In this document: positions 26,156 to 36,949 of the stretch, piece by piece
Layout: the number at the start of each line of letters is the position of its first letter
Position numbering within the stretch: the first letter of the stretch is position 1
Assembly: GCF_035084215.1 (NCBI RefSeq)
Contig: NW_027139729.1
Span: forward strand, 1,488,001-1,552,000
DNA: 64,000 nucleotides
Direction of reading: 5' to 3'
From: Heptranchias perlo
Lineage: Eukaryota
The notes under the pieces: generated by a model
Told to the model about the DNA's origin: nothing
What the model saw: only the letters and a program-made list of their open reading frames with translations
Databases searched by the model: none
Translations under genes and position numbers: made by a program

Positions 26156-26270
26156 AAAACTACCTCCCCCCGGGCTCTACTCTGATCTCAAGTGCAATTC
26201 CTGCATTTCTTTCTTTCCAATGCTCCCTCCGAGATATTCCGTCTCATCTCACTGCCTCTTTCTTCACCAG

Positions 26271-26296
26271 CCTCACCGACTCCTGACTCTCTATGA
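26271..26296 (+). CDS. Candidate terminal coding exon of the Ig gene (SSPTPDSL*); alternative is a split TAA at 24210
   Basis: tctcac branch-like site, ctctttcttcaccag| acceptor; phase 1 gives T|CC TCA CCG ACT CCT GAC TCT CTA TGA; AATAAA at 27561. Confidence 0.4.
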
Positions 26297-26404
26297 AGGC
26301 CAACTCTGTCAGGATTTGAACGCCGCTTGCATATCGAGAGAGGCTGCTCCCTTACCCAAGAACAGGGAACCGCTTATCATCTGGTAGGCGATCCTCGGCT
26401 TAGC

Positions 26405-27442
26405 TGATATAGGGGATTCTTCACTGATCCGATAGGGGATTCTTCACTGATCTGATAGGGGATTCATCACTGATCTGATAGGGGATTCTTCACTGTTCCG
26501 ATAGGGGATTCTTCACTGATCTGATAGGGGATTCTTCACTGATCCGATAGGGGATTCTTCACTGATCTGATAGGGGATTCTTCACTGATCCGATAGGGGA
26601 TTCTTCACTGATCTGATAGGGGATTCTTCACTGATCCGATAGGGGATTCTTCACTGATCTGATAGGGGATTCTTCACTGATCCGAAAGGGGATTCTTCAC
26701 CGATCTGATCGGGGATTCTTCACTGATCTGATAGGGGATTCCTCACTGATCTGATAGGGGATTCCTCACTGATCTGATAGTGGATTCCTCACTGATCCGA
26801 TAGGGGATTCTTCACTGATCTGATAGGGGATTCTTCACTGATCTGATAGGGAATTCATCACTGATCTGATTGTGGATTCATCACTGACCCGATAGGGGAT
26901 TCTTCACTGATCTAATAGTGGATTCATCACTGATCCGATAGGGGATTCATCACTGATCCGATAGGGGATTCTTCACTGATCTGATAGTGGATTCATCACT
27001 GATCTGATAGGGGATTCATCACTGATCTGATGGGGGATTCATCACTGATCTGATGGGGGATTCATCACTGATCCGACAGGGAATGCATCACTGATCTGAT
27101 AGGGGATTCATCACTGATCTGATGGGGGATTCATCATTGATCTGATAGGGGATTCATCACTGATCTGATGGGGGATTCATCATTGATCTGATAGGGGATT
27201 CATCACTGATCTGATGGGGGATTCATCACTGATCTGATAGGGGATTCTTCACTGATCCGATAGGGAATGCATCACTGATCTGATAGGGGATTCATCACTG
27301 ATCTGATAGGGGATTCATCACTGATCTGATCGTGGATTCTTCACTGATCCGATAGGGGATTCTTCACTGATCCGATAGGGGATTCTTCACTGATCTGATA
27401 GGGGATTCTTCACTGATCTGATAGTGGATTCTTCACTGATCT
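26405..27442. repeat. 23-bp minisatellite (gataggggattcttcactgatct/c)n
   Basis: Direct inspection; about 45 units with ttc/atc and ct/cc variants. Confidence 0.97.
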
Positions 27443-28121
27443 ATAATTGAAAGGAGTTTGCTCTGCAATATTACAATCTTTCATTCTTGTTTATATCGCA
27501 CAAATACAAGTAAGTGGTTTATATTTTAATAGTAAATGCTGCATTCTCCTATTCATTGTTAATAAATCTCTTCTGAAAGTCATCTGTTGTTTGCATCCAA
27601 ATTTTCAGCCCAGGAAGAGGACAACCGTCCTATCTCGTATGTGTTGATATCACCACCTGCCTCCACCAAATCTCTTGCGTCATGACGTTTCGAATCCTGT
27701 GCATCACGCCTTTGGTGACGTTACAGTAGCGTGCGCCAATGTGCAGTTTCACCTCTGGGCTGTTCCACTCTCCCGCTGGGAGGAGGGGTTGGTGGTTGGT
27801 GCTCAGATCACGAGTCCTCTCCCGCGGACTGCCGTGGTCGCACCCGCTGCCGCGGTCTGCCTGGATCACTTGGCCTGATCCATCGTCGCCGGAAGGGGTG
27901 GGGAGAGGAGGATGGATGTGGTAACTATGGAGAATGGTCTGTGAGCTGATGAGAAGAAGGAGAGGGCACAGAATGTATCATTGATCTGTCCCCAGGCTGG
28001 TCCCTCAGGACTGGTTGCTGGCCGTTTAACATCCCCCCACCATGGGTGGTGATATTGGTACCGCCCTGTTGACCCCTCCCCCTGAGTCTCGAGGTTCCGC
28101 CCATCAGTTGGCGCCTGGGGA

Positions 28122-28740
28122 CAGAACATAAAAATAGGAATAGGAGTAGGCCATTCGGCCCCTCAAGCCTGCGCCACCATTCAATCAGATCAGGGCTGAT
28201 CTTCGACCTCAACTTCACTTTCCTGCCCGATCCCCATATCCCTTGATTCCCCTAGAGTTCAAAAATCTATCGATCTCAGTCTTGAATATCCTCAACAAAT
28301 GATCATCCACAGCCCTCTGGTGCAGAGAAGTCCAAATATTCACAACCCTCTGGGCGAAGAAATTCCTCCTTATCTCAGTCTTGAATGGCCGACCCCTTCT
28401 CCTGAGACTATGCCTCCTAGTTCCAGACTCTCCAGCCAAGGGAAACCATCTCTCAGCCTCAACCCTGTCAAGCCCCCTCAGAATTATATATTTGTCAATG
28501 AGCTCACCTCTCATTCGTCTGAACTCCATAGAATATAAGCCCAATCTACTCAATCTCTCCTGGTAGGACAACCCTATCATCCCAGGAATCAATCCGGTGA
28601 AATATTCATTGAACCGCTTCTAAGGCAAGTAAGCCCTTCCTTAGAGAAGGTGACCAAGAAAGTATGCAGTACTCCAGGTGAGGTCTCCCCAAAGCCCTGT
28701 ACAATTTTACTAAGAATTCCTTACTCTTGTACTCCAACAT
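28122..28740 (-). mobile_element. CR1 LINE 3' fragment
   Basis: ORF 28215..28592 has MIPGMIGLSYQERL...RRNFFAQRVVNIW. Confidence 0.88.
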
Positions 28741-29019
28741 TTGGCGCATGACCCCACTCCATGAGAGGGAGCTGAGAATGAGGTGGTGGGCCCAGGGGGC
28801 CAGACTGAGGGGCTCAGGCACCGGACACCGGGCCAAAGGCACAGGCCCGACTTATAATTCATGCACTCCAATCATTAATCCAGCATTAAATCAATAAACC
28901 AGGACACCAATCAATCAATCAATCAATAAATTGGGAAATTAATCAGTCAATAAACTGAGAAGATAATGAATCAATAAATCAGGATAACAATCAATTAATA
29001 AATCATGAATGATGGAAAG

Positions 29020-30330
29020 CGATGGAAGGTGTCGTCGACGGTGCTATCAAGTGGCACTTACTCACCAGTAACCTGCTCATCGATGCTCAGTTTGGGTTCT
29101 GCCAGGACCACTCGGCTCCAGAACTCATTACAGCCTTGGTCCAAACATGGACAAAAACGCTGAATTCCTGAGGTGAGGTGATAATGAGTGCCCTTGACAT
29201 CAAGGCAGCATTTGACCGAGTGTGGGAACAAGGAACCAGTAAAATTGAAATCAGTGGAATAAGGGGGAAAGCTCTCCATTGGCTGTAGTCATACCTGGCA
29301 CAAAGAAAGATGGTAGTAGTTGTTGGAGGCCAAACATCTCAGCCTCGGCACACAGCAGCAGGTGTTCCTCAGGACAGCGTCCAAGGCCCAACCATCTTCA
29401 GCTGCTTCATCAATGAACTTCCCTTAATCAAAAGGTCAGAAATGGGGATGTTTGCTGATGATTGCAGTATTCAGTTCCATTCACAACTCCTCAGATAATG
29501 AAGCAGTCCATGCCCGCATGCAGCAAGACTTGGAAAATAAATGGCAAGTAACATTCACGCTAGACAAGTGCCAGGCAATGACCATCTCCAACAAGAGAGT
29601 CTAACCATCTCCCCTTGACCTTAAACGGCATTACCATCGCCGAATCCCCCACCATCAACATCCTGGGGCTCAACATTGAGCAGAAATTAAACTGGACCAG
29701 GCACATAAATACCGTGGCTACAAGAGCAGATCAGAGGTTAGGTATTCTATGGCGATTGACTCATCTCCTGAATTGCCAAAGCCTTTCCACCATCTACAAG
29801 GCACAAGTCAGGAGTGTGATGGAATACTCTCCACTTGCCTGGATGAGTGCAGATCCAACAACACTCAAGAAGCTCGACACCATCCAGGACAAGCAGCCCG
29901 CTTGATTGACACCCCATCCACCACCCTAAACATTCACTAACTCCACCACTGGCGCACCGTAGCTGCAGTGTGTACCATCTACAAGATGCACTGCAGCAAC
30001 TCACCAAGGCTTCATCGACAGCACCTCTCAAACCCGTGACCTCTATCACCTAGAAGGACAAGGGCAGGAGGCGCGTGGGAACAAGACCGCCTGCACGTTC
30101 CCCTCCAAGTCACACACCATCCCGACTTGGAAATATATCGCCGTTCCTTCATCGTCGCTGGGTCAAAATCCTGGAACTCCCTTCCTAACAGCACTGTGGG
30201 AGAACCTTCACCACACGGACTGCAGCGGTTCAAGAAGGCGGCTCACCACCACCTTCTCAATGGCAATTAGGGATGGGTAATAAAACCTGGCCTTGCCAGC
30301 GATGCCCACATCCCATCAATGTATAAAAAA
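29020..30330 (+). mobile_element. Non-LTR retrotransposon RT and 3' end, second lineage
   Basis: AGVPQDSVQGPTIF...MFADD and YKAQVRSVMEYSPLAW; A-rich end at about 30325. Confidence 0.85.
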
Positions 30331-30337
30331 GGTTATT

Positions 30338-31070
30338 ACATGTGTGGATAGAGTCCATGATAGGGTACAGTGTACTTGAGCTTTAGGAGGAGATTAAATG
30401 GGTGGCGTACAGTTCATGATAGGGGAGAGTGAGTGTACATGGGCTGTGGGAGGAAATTAAATAGACTGGGTAGAGTCCATGATAGGGCAGAGTGTACATG
30501 GGATGTGGGAGGAGAGTAAATGGTCGGGTACAGTCCATCATAGTGGAGAGTGTACATGGGCTATGGAAGGAGACCAAATCGGTGGGTAGAGTCCATGATA
30601 GGGGAGAGTGAGTGTACATGGGCTGTGGGAGGAGATTAAATGGGTGGGTAGAGTCTATGATAGGGGAGGGTGTACATGGGCTGTGGGAGGAGATTAAATG
30701 GGTCAGGTAGATTTCATAATAGTGGAGAGTTTACAAGGGCTGTGGGAGTAGATTAAATGGGTGGGTAGAGTCCATTATATGGGAGAGTATACATGGGCTG
30801 TGGGAGGAGATTAAATGGGTGGGTAGAGTCCATGATAGGGGATAGTGTACATGGGCTGTGGGAGGAGATTAAATGCGCGGGTAGAGCCCATGATAAGGGA
30901 GAGTGTACATGGACTGTGGGAGAAGATTAAATGGGTGGGTAGTGTCCATGATAGGGGATAATGTGCATGGGCTGTTGGAGGTGATTAAATGGGTGGGGAG
31001 AGTCCATGATAGAGGAGAGTGTACGTGGGCTGTCGGAGAAGATTAAAAGGGTGGGAAGAGTGTATATGGT
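30338..31070. repeat. About 58-bp tandem repeat
   Basis: (gtacatgggctgtgggaggagattaaatgggtgggtagagtccatgataggggagagt)n. Confidence 0.93.
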
Positions 31071-31219
31071 CTAGGGTATAGTTTATGCTAGGGGAGAATG
31101 TGTCTCCAAGTTTACCAGGGTGTGTTTACACTTGGCAGTGAATCTGTCACCTGGTACATCCCATCATTAATCACATTTTCCATAGAAATCAATCCCAATT
31201 CCAGCATTGAGAAAAAGAA

Positions 31220-32540
31220 TCGAAAAAAAGCGCTGGGAGAACCAAGAACAAGTGAAGCGGCCAAGATTTAATCTAATAACCTAAAGGACAGGACCAACCT
31301 TATTGGAATCATTGAATAAGGAACAGGAAGGGTAGACAAGGTTCATGTAGTAGATGTAATATATTTGGATTTTCCGAAGGCCTTCGATAATGTACCGCAT
31401 TGTAGACTCGTGGCTAAGTTCATAGCACGGAGAGTCAGGATCAGGTGGCAGAATGGATAGTAAGCTGGCTACAAAACAGAAAACCGAGAATAGAAGTTGA
31501 GGATAGCTGGTCAGACTGACAAAAGGTGGGAAGTGGAGTTCCACAGGGATCGGTGTTGGGACCATTGTTGTTCACAATTTACAATAATGATTTGGATTCG
31601 GGAATTGGAGTTACAATTTCAACATTTGCCGATGACATCAAATTGGAGGATGTATTTAATACAAAGGAAGAATGTGTCAAAATGCAAGAGAACATTAATA
31701 AACTTGCAGAATGAAGAATAAGGAGATCACACACTGCCTGGATAATAAGAGTCTAAACGGGATAGAGGAGCAAAGGAATCTAATGTTACAGATATACAGA
31801 TTACTAAAAGTAGCGACGCTGGTGAATAAGATCATAAAAAGGCAAATCAAACTCTAGAATTCATTTCTACAGGGATAGAATTGAAAAGCAAAGAAGTTAT
31901 GTTAAACTTCTATGGAATCTTGGTTAGACCACATTTGGAATAAGGCGATCTGTTCTGGTCTCCATATTACAAATATAGGGGCATTGGAGAAGATGCAAAA
32001 AAGATTCACAAGGATGATACCAGAAATGAGAGGATATTCTTATCAGGAAAGGCTGAACAGACTGGGTCTCATTTCACTAGAAAAGAGAAGGCTCAGGGTT
32101 GACCTGATAGAGGTCTTAAAGATAATGATTGGGTTTGATAGGGTAGACATAGAGAAAACGTTTCCACTTGTGGGGAGTCCAAAATTTCAGATAATAAATA
32201 TAAACTAGTCACTAATAAATCAAATAGGGAATTCAGGAGTAACTGCTTTACCCAGAGAGTGGGGAGAATCTGGAACACGCAACTAAAAGGAGTAGCTGAT
32301 GCAAATAACACGGGGGCATTTAAGGGGAAGATAGATCAGCACATCAGGGAGAATGGAATAGAAGGATATGCCGATAGTGTTAGGTGAAGTAAGGAAGGAG
32401 GAGGCTGGTGAGCAGCATAAACGCCGGCATAGACTAGTTGGGCCGAACGGCCTGTTTCTCTGCCGTAGTTTCGATGTAACTAGATGCAAAGGCTCTTTTC
32501 AGAGCCACCCACTGTATCTGTGAAAGGGCTGGTTACTGTC
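31220..32540 (+). pseudogene. Histone H2A 3'-end relic split by a CR1 insertion
   Basis: 31220-31287 matches the H2A last codons and 3'UTR (ccaagaacaagtgaagcggccaagatttaatctaataacc, cf. 49945-49990); stem-loop ggctcttttcagagcc and downstream element resume at 32491. Confidence 0.8.
31288..32487 (+). mobile_element. 5'-truncated CR1 LINE inserted in the H2A 3'UTR
   Basis: GVPQGSVLGPLLF...FADD and KRFTRMIPEMRG; flanked by aaagg on both sides. Confidence 0.88.
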
Positions 32541-32965
32541 TGAAGGGAGACGCTGATATCATGCTACCAGTGTGGCTTTGAGCTGCTTTTGTCTCGTTGT
32601 AGACGAGATGAGGTATTAATGGGGCTGGAGTCGGGGCAGCGACCACAGTCCGGGACTTTAAACGGTGATCGATAGACCCAGCCCACACATCGCCAGATTT
32701 CTTGTATTTAATTAACTACTTGCCATGCTGGGCTCGTAAAACATCACCAGAACTGCTCGACTAACCTTTCTACATCTGTGGGATTCAGCGCTTCGCTCCG
32801 TTTCTGTTCTATTTTGTTGGATTATTTACATAACGCATCAAACACACTGGGGAATCACTGAAATGTAACTTCGTACAGAAACAAATAACTGAATTGCCGG
32901 GTGCCCAGGAGATCAGAAATCTTACTCGCCTTTGGTAATGTTAACCAGTAAACCGTGTCGACAGA

Positions 32966-34238
32966 GAGGCAGGGACTGATTAGGAACAGTCAACATGGTT
33001 TTGTGAGAGGAAAATCATGTCTCACGAATTTGATTGAGTTTTTTGAAGGGGTAACCAAGAAGACAGATGAGGGCTGTGCAGTAGACGTGGTCTACATGGA
33101 CTTCAGCAAAGCATTTGACAAGGTACCGCATGGTAGGTTGTTACATAAGGTTAAATCTCACGGGATCCAAGGTGAGGTAGCCAATTGGATACAAAATTGG
33201 CTTGACGACAGAAGACAGAGGGTGGTTGTAGAGGGTTGTTTTTCAAACTGGAGGCCTGTGTCCAGCGGTGGGTGCTGAGTCTGCTGTTATTTGTTATTTA
33301 TATTAATGATTTGGATGAGAATTTAGGAGGCATGGTTAGTAAGTTTGCAGATGACACCAAGATTGGTGGCATTGTGGACAGTGAAGAAGGTTATCTAGGA
33401 TTGCAACGGGATCTTGATAAATTGGGCCAGTGGGCCGATGAATGGCAGATGGAGTTTAATTTAGATAAATGTGAGGTGATGCATTTTGGTAGATCGAATC
33501 GGGCCAGGACCTACTCCGTTAATGGTAGGGCGTTGGGGAGAGTTATAGAACAAAGAGATCTAGGAGTACAGGTTCATTGCTCCTTGAAAGTGGAGTCACA
33601 GGTGGATAGGGTGGTTAAGAAGGCAGTCGGCATGCTTAGCTTCATTGGTCAGAACATTGAATACAGGAGTTGGGATGTCTTGTTGAAGTTGTACAAGACA
33701 TTAGTAAGGCCACATTTGGAATACTGTGTACAGTTCTGGTCACCCTATTATAGAAAGGATATTATTAAACTAGAAAGAGTGCAGAAAATATTTACTAGGA
33801 TGCTACCGGGACTTGATGGTTTGACTTATAGGGAGAGGTTAGATAGACTGAGACTTTTTTCCCTGGAGAGTAGGAGGTTAAGGGGTGATCTTATAGAAGT
33901 CTATAAAATAATGAGGGGCATAGATAAGGTAGATAGTCAAAATCTTTTCCCAAAGGTAGGGGAGTCTATAACGAGGGGACATAGATTTAAGGTGAGAGGG
34001 GAGAGATACAAAAGGGTCCAGAGGGGCAATTTTTTCACTCAAAGGGTGGTGAGTGTCTGGAACGAGCTGCCAGAGGCAGTAGTAGAGGCGGGTACAATTT
34101 TGTCTTTTAAAAAGCATTTGGACAGTTACATGGGTAAGATGGGTATAGAGGGATATGGGCCAAGTGCAGGCAATTGGGACCAGCTTAGTGGTATAAACTG
34201 GGCCTGCTTCCATGTTGTAACTTCTATGATTCTATACC
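32966..34238 (+). mobile_element. Relatively young 5'-truncated CR1 LINE (RT domain)
   Basis: Two overlapping ORFs (107 and 342 aa): SQHGF, YMDFSKAFDKVPH, FADDTK, LVRPHLEYC, FFTQRVV; one small deletion at the VPQGS motif. Confidence 0.95.
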
Positions 34239-34259
34239 CGCTTTTTTTTCATATGGGGG

Positions 34260-34803
34260 ATTAAACAGAGAAAGCGGGAGGGGAGGAGTCAGAGTGACGG
34301 ACAGAGCGGAGAGCGGTCTCTGATCTTCCAGCTCCACCTCCGGCTTTCTCCATCCGCCAATTTGAAACCGTGTATTGATAATAGAACCGAAACACAGCGC
34401 TCCGCACAAACCCTTCATATTCAAGGATTCACAGAAACCCGGAGCTTTTAAATAAGCCCTGTTACAATTAACAGTCAGTAATATTACTGCGTAAATACAG
34501 TCCCTTCGTTAACAAGTCAACCCGCCTCCTTCCATTTCAGTCCCAGACCCGATTCTATCTCCCCACACATCCCCTCCCAGACGGGTTCAGCAGTTTACAA
34601 AAACTTTATTCAAGCTGTTTTGGAGAATCTCATGTGTTGGGGTTTGTGTTATGACGCGGAGTTTCTCCGCCAGTTTTACCGTCTCACAGAGACTCTCACC
34701 CTGAAACTGTGAAAAGAAAATGATATGAACTGGGACTGGAGTCGAACACATCCCCAGTTACAGTGAGGCTCGGACACCCCATTCTCTCTGTTTTATGTCA
34801 GAC
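34260..34803 (+). repeat. Orphan copy of the H4-H1 intergenic spacer
   Basis: Colinear high similarity with 52450-53001, but neither H4 nor H1 is adjacent. Confidence 0.85.
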
Positions 34804-35028
34804 AATATCCCACCTTCATGTCCAGCACGAGAGAGAGAGACAAAAACACACTGTCAGTCTTACACTTCCTATCAGAGTGTTCATATGACGCTCAATAGCA
34901 GTATCCACCTTAATATACAGCATCAGCTAGTCAGAGAGAACGGGAGACAGAGCGAGCGTGGATGCATAGTGCCACAGTATCAGTTCCAGACTGATCTGCA
35001 AATTTCCGCTTTATCCAGAAAATCCCGT

Positions 35029-35494
35029 TGGAGAGGCAGAAGATGCAATCTCATTTCTCACTGTTATACCAGAGACGGACACACTATTAATCCGATACTC
35101 AGGGACAGTTCAGAGGGTGACAAAAACAATGTGGGCCGAATTTAACTCTCTTGCCTGTTGTACTATATTCGGTTTGCTGTTCAGGGCCGTTCGCTATTAC
35201 TCTCAGTGACCGAGAGTTTCACTCTGATTATATTCATCTAGGACTGTTGCTGTCAGATATTAATCCTGCACGGTCCCACAAAATACACCGACTCCCACTT
35301 TCCTCCCATTTTTCTCCAGGATTAGTATGAGAAATCCTGCTTCCAGTTTCAGAGTCACAAGTCATTTAATCGGTAAAGGGGCCAAGAATGAACAGAACCA
35401 ATTGGCTCATTTCAGAGCCGCTCACTTTATCTCTGAAAGGCTCTTTTCCATCAAAAGATACCGAGAGAAACAGCAGGGATGGAAACATCCAGTT
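35029..35494 (+). repeat. Segment duplicated at 62140-62715
   Basis: ggagag.cagaagatgcaatctcat... to ...gggatggaaacatc.agttt is shared in direct orientation. Confidence 0.85.
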
Positions 35495-35694
35495 TAATAG
35501 TTAGAGATTGTAAAGTCAGTCTGGATTCCAGCGTTAGGCACTGGTGGAATCCCATCTGTTTTCCATTCTGGTGCCTGTTCCTGCACTGCCTGTGGACCCC
35601 ATTCCCTCTGACCTTTCCCCCAGACCCACTTCCTTTGCTCAGACTCTGAAAAATTCCAATTGGGGAAAGTTTCCATCGATTTTTGTATTGGGAA

Positions 35695-35970
35695 TTAAAC
35701 CAGATATCTGCGCATGCGCGACTCAGCCCCGCCTCCAGCGCTGGTTGTTGGTGAGCAGAAGAGCGCATGCGCGCTCCCCTCCCCCAGCTCGGCCTGTGGG
35801 CGCCATTCCCTCAGTGAGCGGAAGAAGATGGTTTAAAACAGCCGGGAATGGAGAGATCACGGCCCCCGGGGGAAGGGAGCAAAGAGCAGCCTCGTTACAG
35901 CAGCTCATCGCTTCGGGACCGTGTCCGCAGATGGGCTCAGAGATCGGCATTGAGTCCGGGGGAAGGTCAG
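35695..35970 (+). promoter_or_regulatory. CpG-island promoter with two NRF1-type GCGCATGCGC motifs and a GC box
   Basis: tgcgcatgcgc at about 35709, gcgcatgcgc at about 35763, ccccgcc at about 35727, cggaagaagatgg (ETS/YY1-like) at about 35819. Confidence 0.65.
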
Positions 35971-36211
35971 GGGGAGTCCGGGGGCTGTTTGTAAGAGGCG
36001 GAGTGGATCAGGAACTGGTCCCGGAACATGGAGTGAGCGGGGGAAGGGAGAGGTCATTCTCGGGCTGTGTGTGCACAGGGTGTGTCCAGGGGAAGGGAGA
36101 GAGAATGGGAAGAACCTGCTATTTAAAATCATTGCTGCTTTCTCTCCCCAAACCAGGAGTGAATGTTCCTGGTTTAGTTCCAGTCTCACCCTGTTTATTG
36201 TTATTGGACAG

Positions 36212-36744
36212 TGAAGAGTGGAAACAGAGCCGGACAGTAAGGATGTGGGGAGTTATACAAAGAGCATCTATTGCAGGCATCAGGTGAGAAGTGTGAAGGA
36301 CACATTTTGAACAGCGGCTGTTTGGTTTCATTTGAACGGTTAGTCCCATGGGAGAGGGGATTAGAAACCTGACTTGTGCAAAGGTCCCTGCCCCATCTGG
36401 TCGTACCATTCATGTGTTCGTGGAGGGGTTGGGTTGTGTCTGGATGTCTCTAAATTGTTGTAAAACAGCCCAACACACCTGGTGTGCAGAAGCTGAGTGC
36501 TGCAGTACTGCAGTGGAGTCAGACACTGACACTGTTCGAATCGCTGATTTATATTTAAGGATATTCAAAATAATTATTTACAGATATTAAACTGATCACT
36601 TCTGTATTTTCTTCCTCACCTGTTCTTGAGTTACCAGACATACGTTTCTTTCTACAGGCAAACCCGTGAAGGATCCACAATGAATGTGATGTTTCGTCCA
36701 CCCGAGGCACAAGGAACAGTGCAGCCAGCTCCTTCTCACACACA
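36212..36744 (+). other. Two putative exons (36212-36283, 36658-36744) of a repeated, probably non-coding or 5'UTR transcript module
   Basis: cag|...cag|gtgaga and ttctacag|...ca|gtaagt; copies at about 43072-43597 and 55320-55391 keep the splice signals. Confidence 0.45.
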
Positions 36745-36949
36745 GTAAGTACATTATCACTCACAGAGCACAGTGACACAGACAGGTCATCAGTTCCACA
36801 GTCTCAGACAGCAGAAGTACTCAGTCCCACAATGATCCCAAATTCCAGAGACACATTTTCAATCCACAGTCAAACAGAGCAGGTGAGGCAGACACTGTTC
36901 CATTTCCCCCGAACTCAGTCCCGCTGACAGGGAGATACAAAAATCCCAT

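Noticed and set aside
26405-27442. Short-repeat arrays as CRISPR-like structures
   Set aside because: Head-to-tail units with no unique spacers, in vertebrate DNA with no cas genes.
27447-27516. Hydrophobic stretch (CSAILQSFILVYIAQ) followed by gtaagt as a transmembrane exon for the Ig gene
   Set aside because: No polypyrimidine tract; the only in-frame acceptor is a rare GAG; the segment is short and polar-interrupted.
32955-34264. 342-aa reverse transcriptase ORF as a domesticated gene or active element
   Set aside because: 5'-truncated, frameshifted at the VPQGS motif and ending in a LINE tail; an ordinary young CR1 copy.
35544-36287. 247-aa ORF
   Set aside because: Runs through a GC-rich CpG-island promoter, has a non-ATG start and no recognisable domain.
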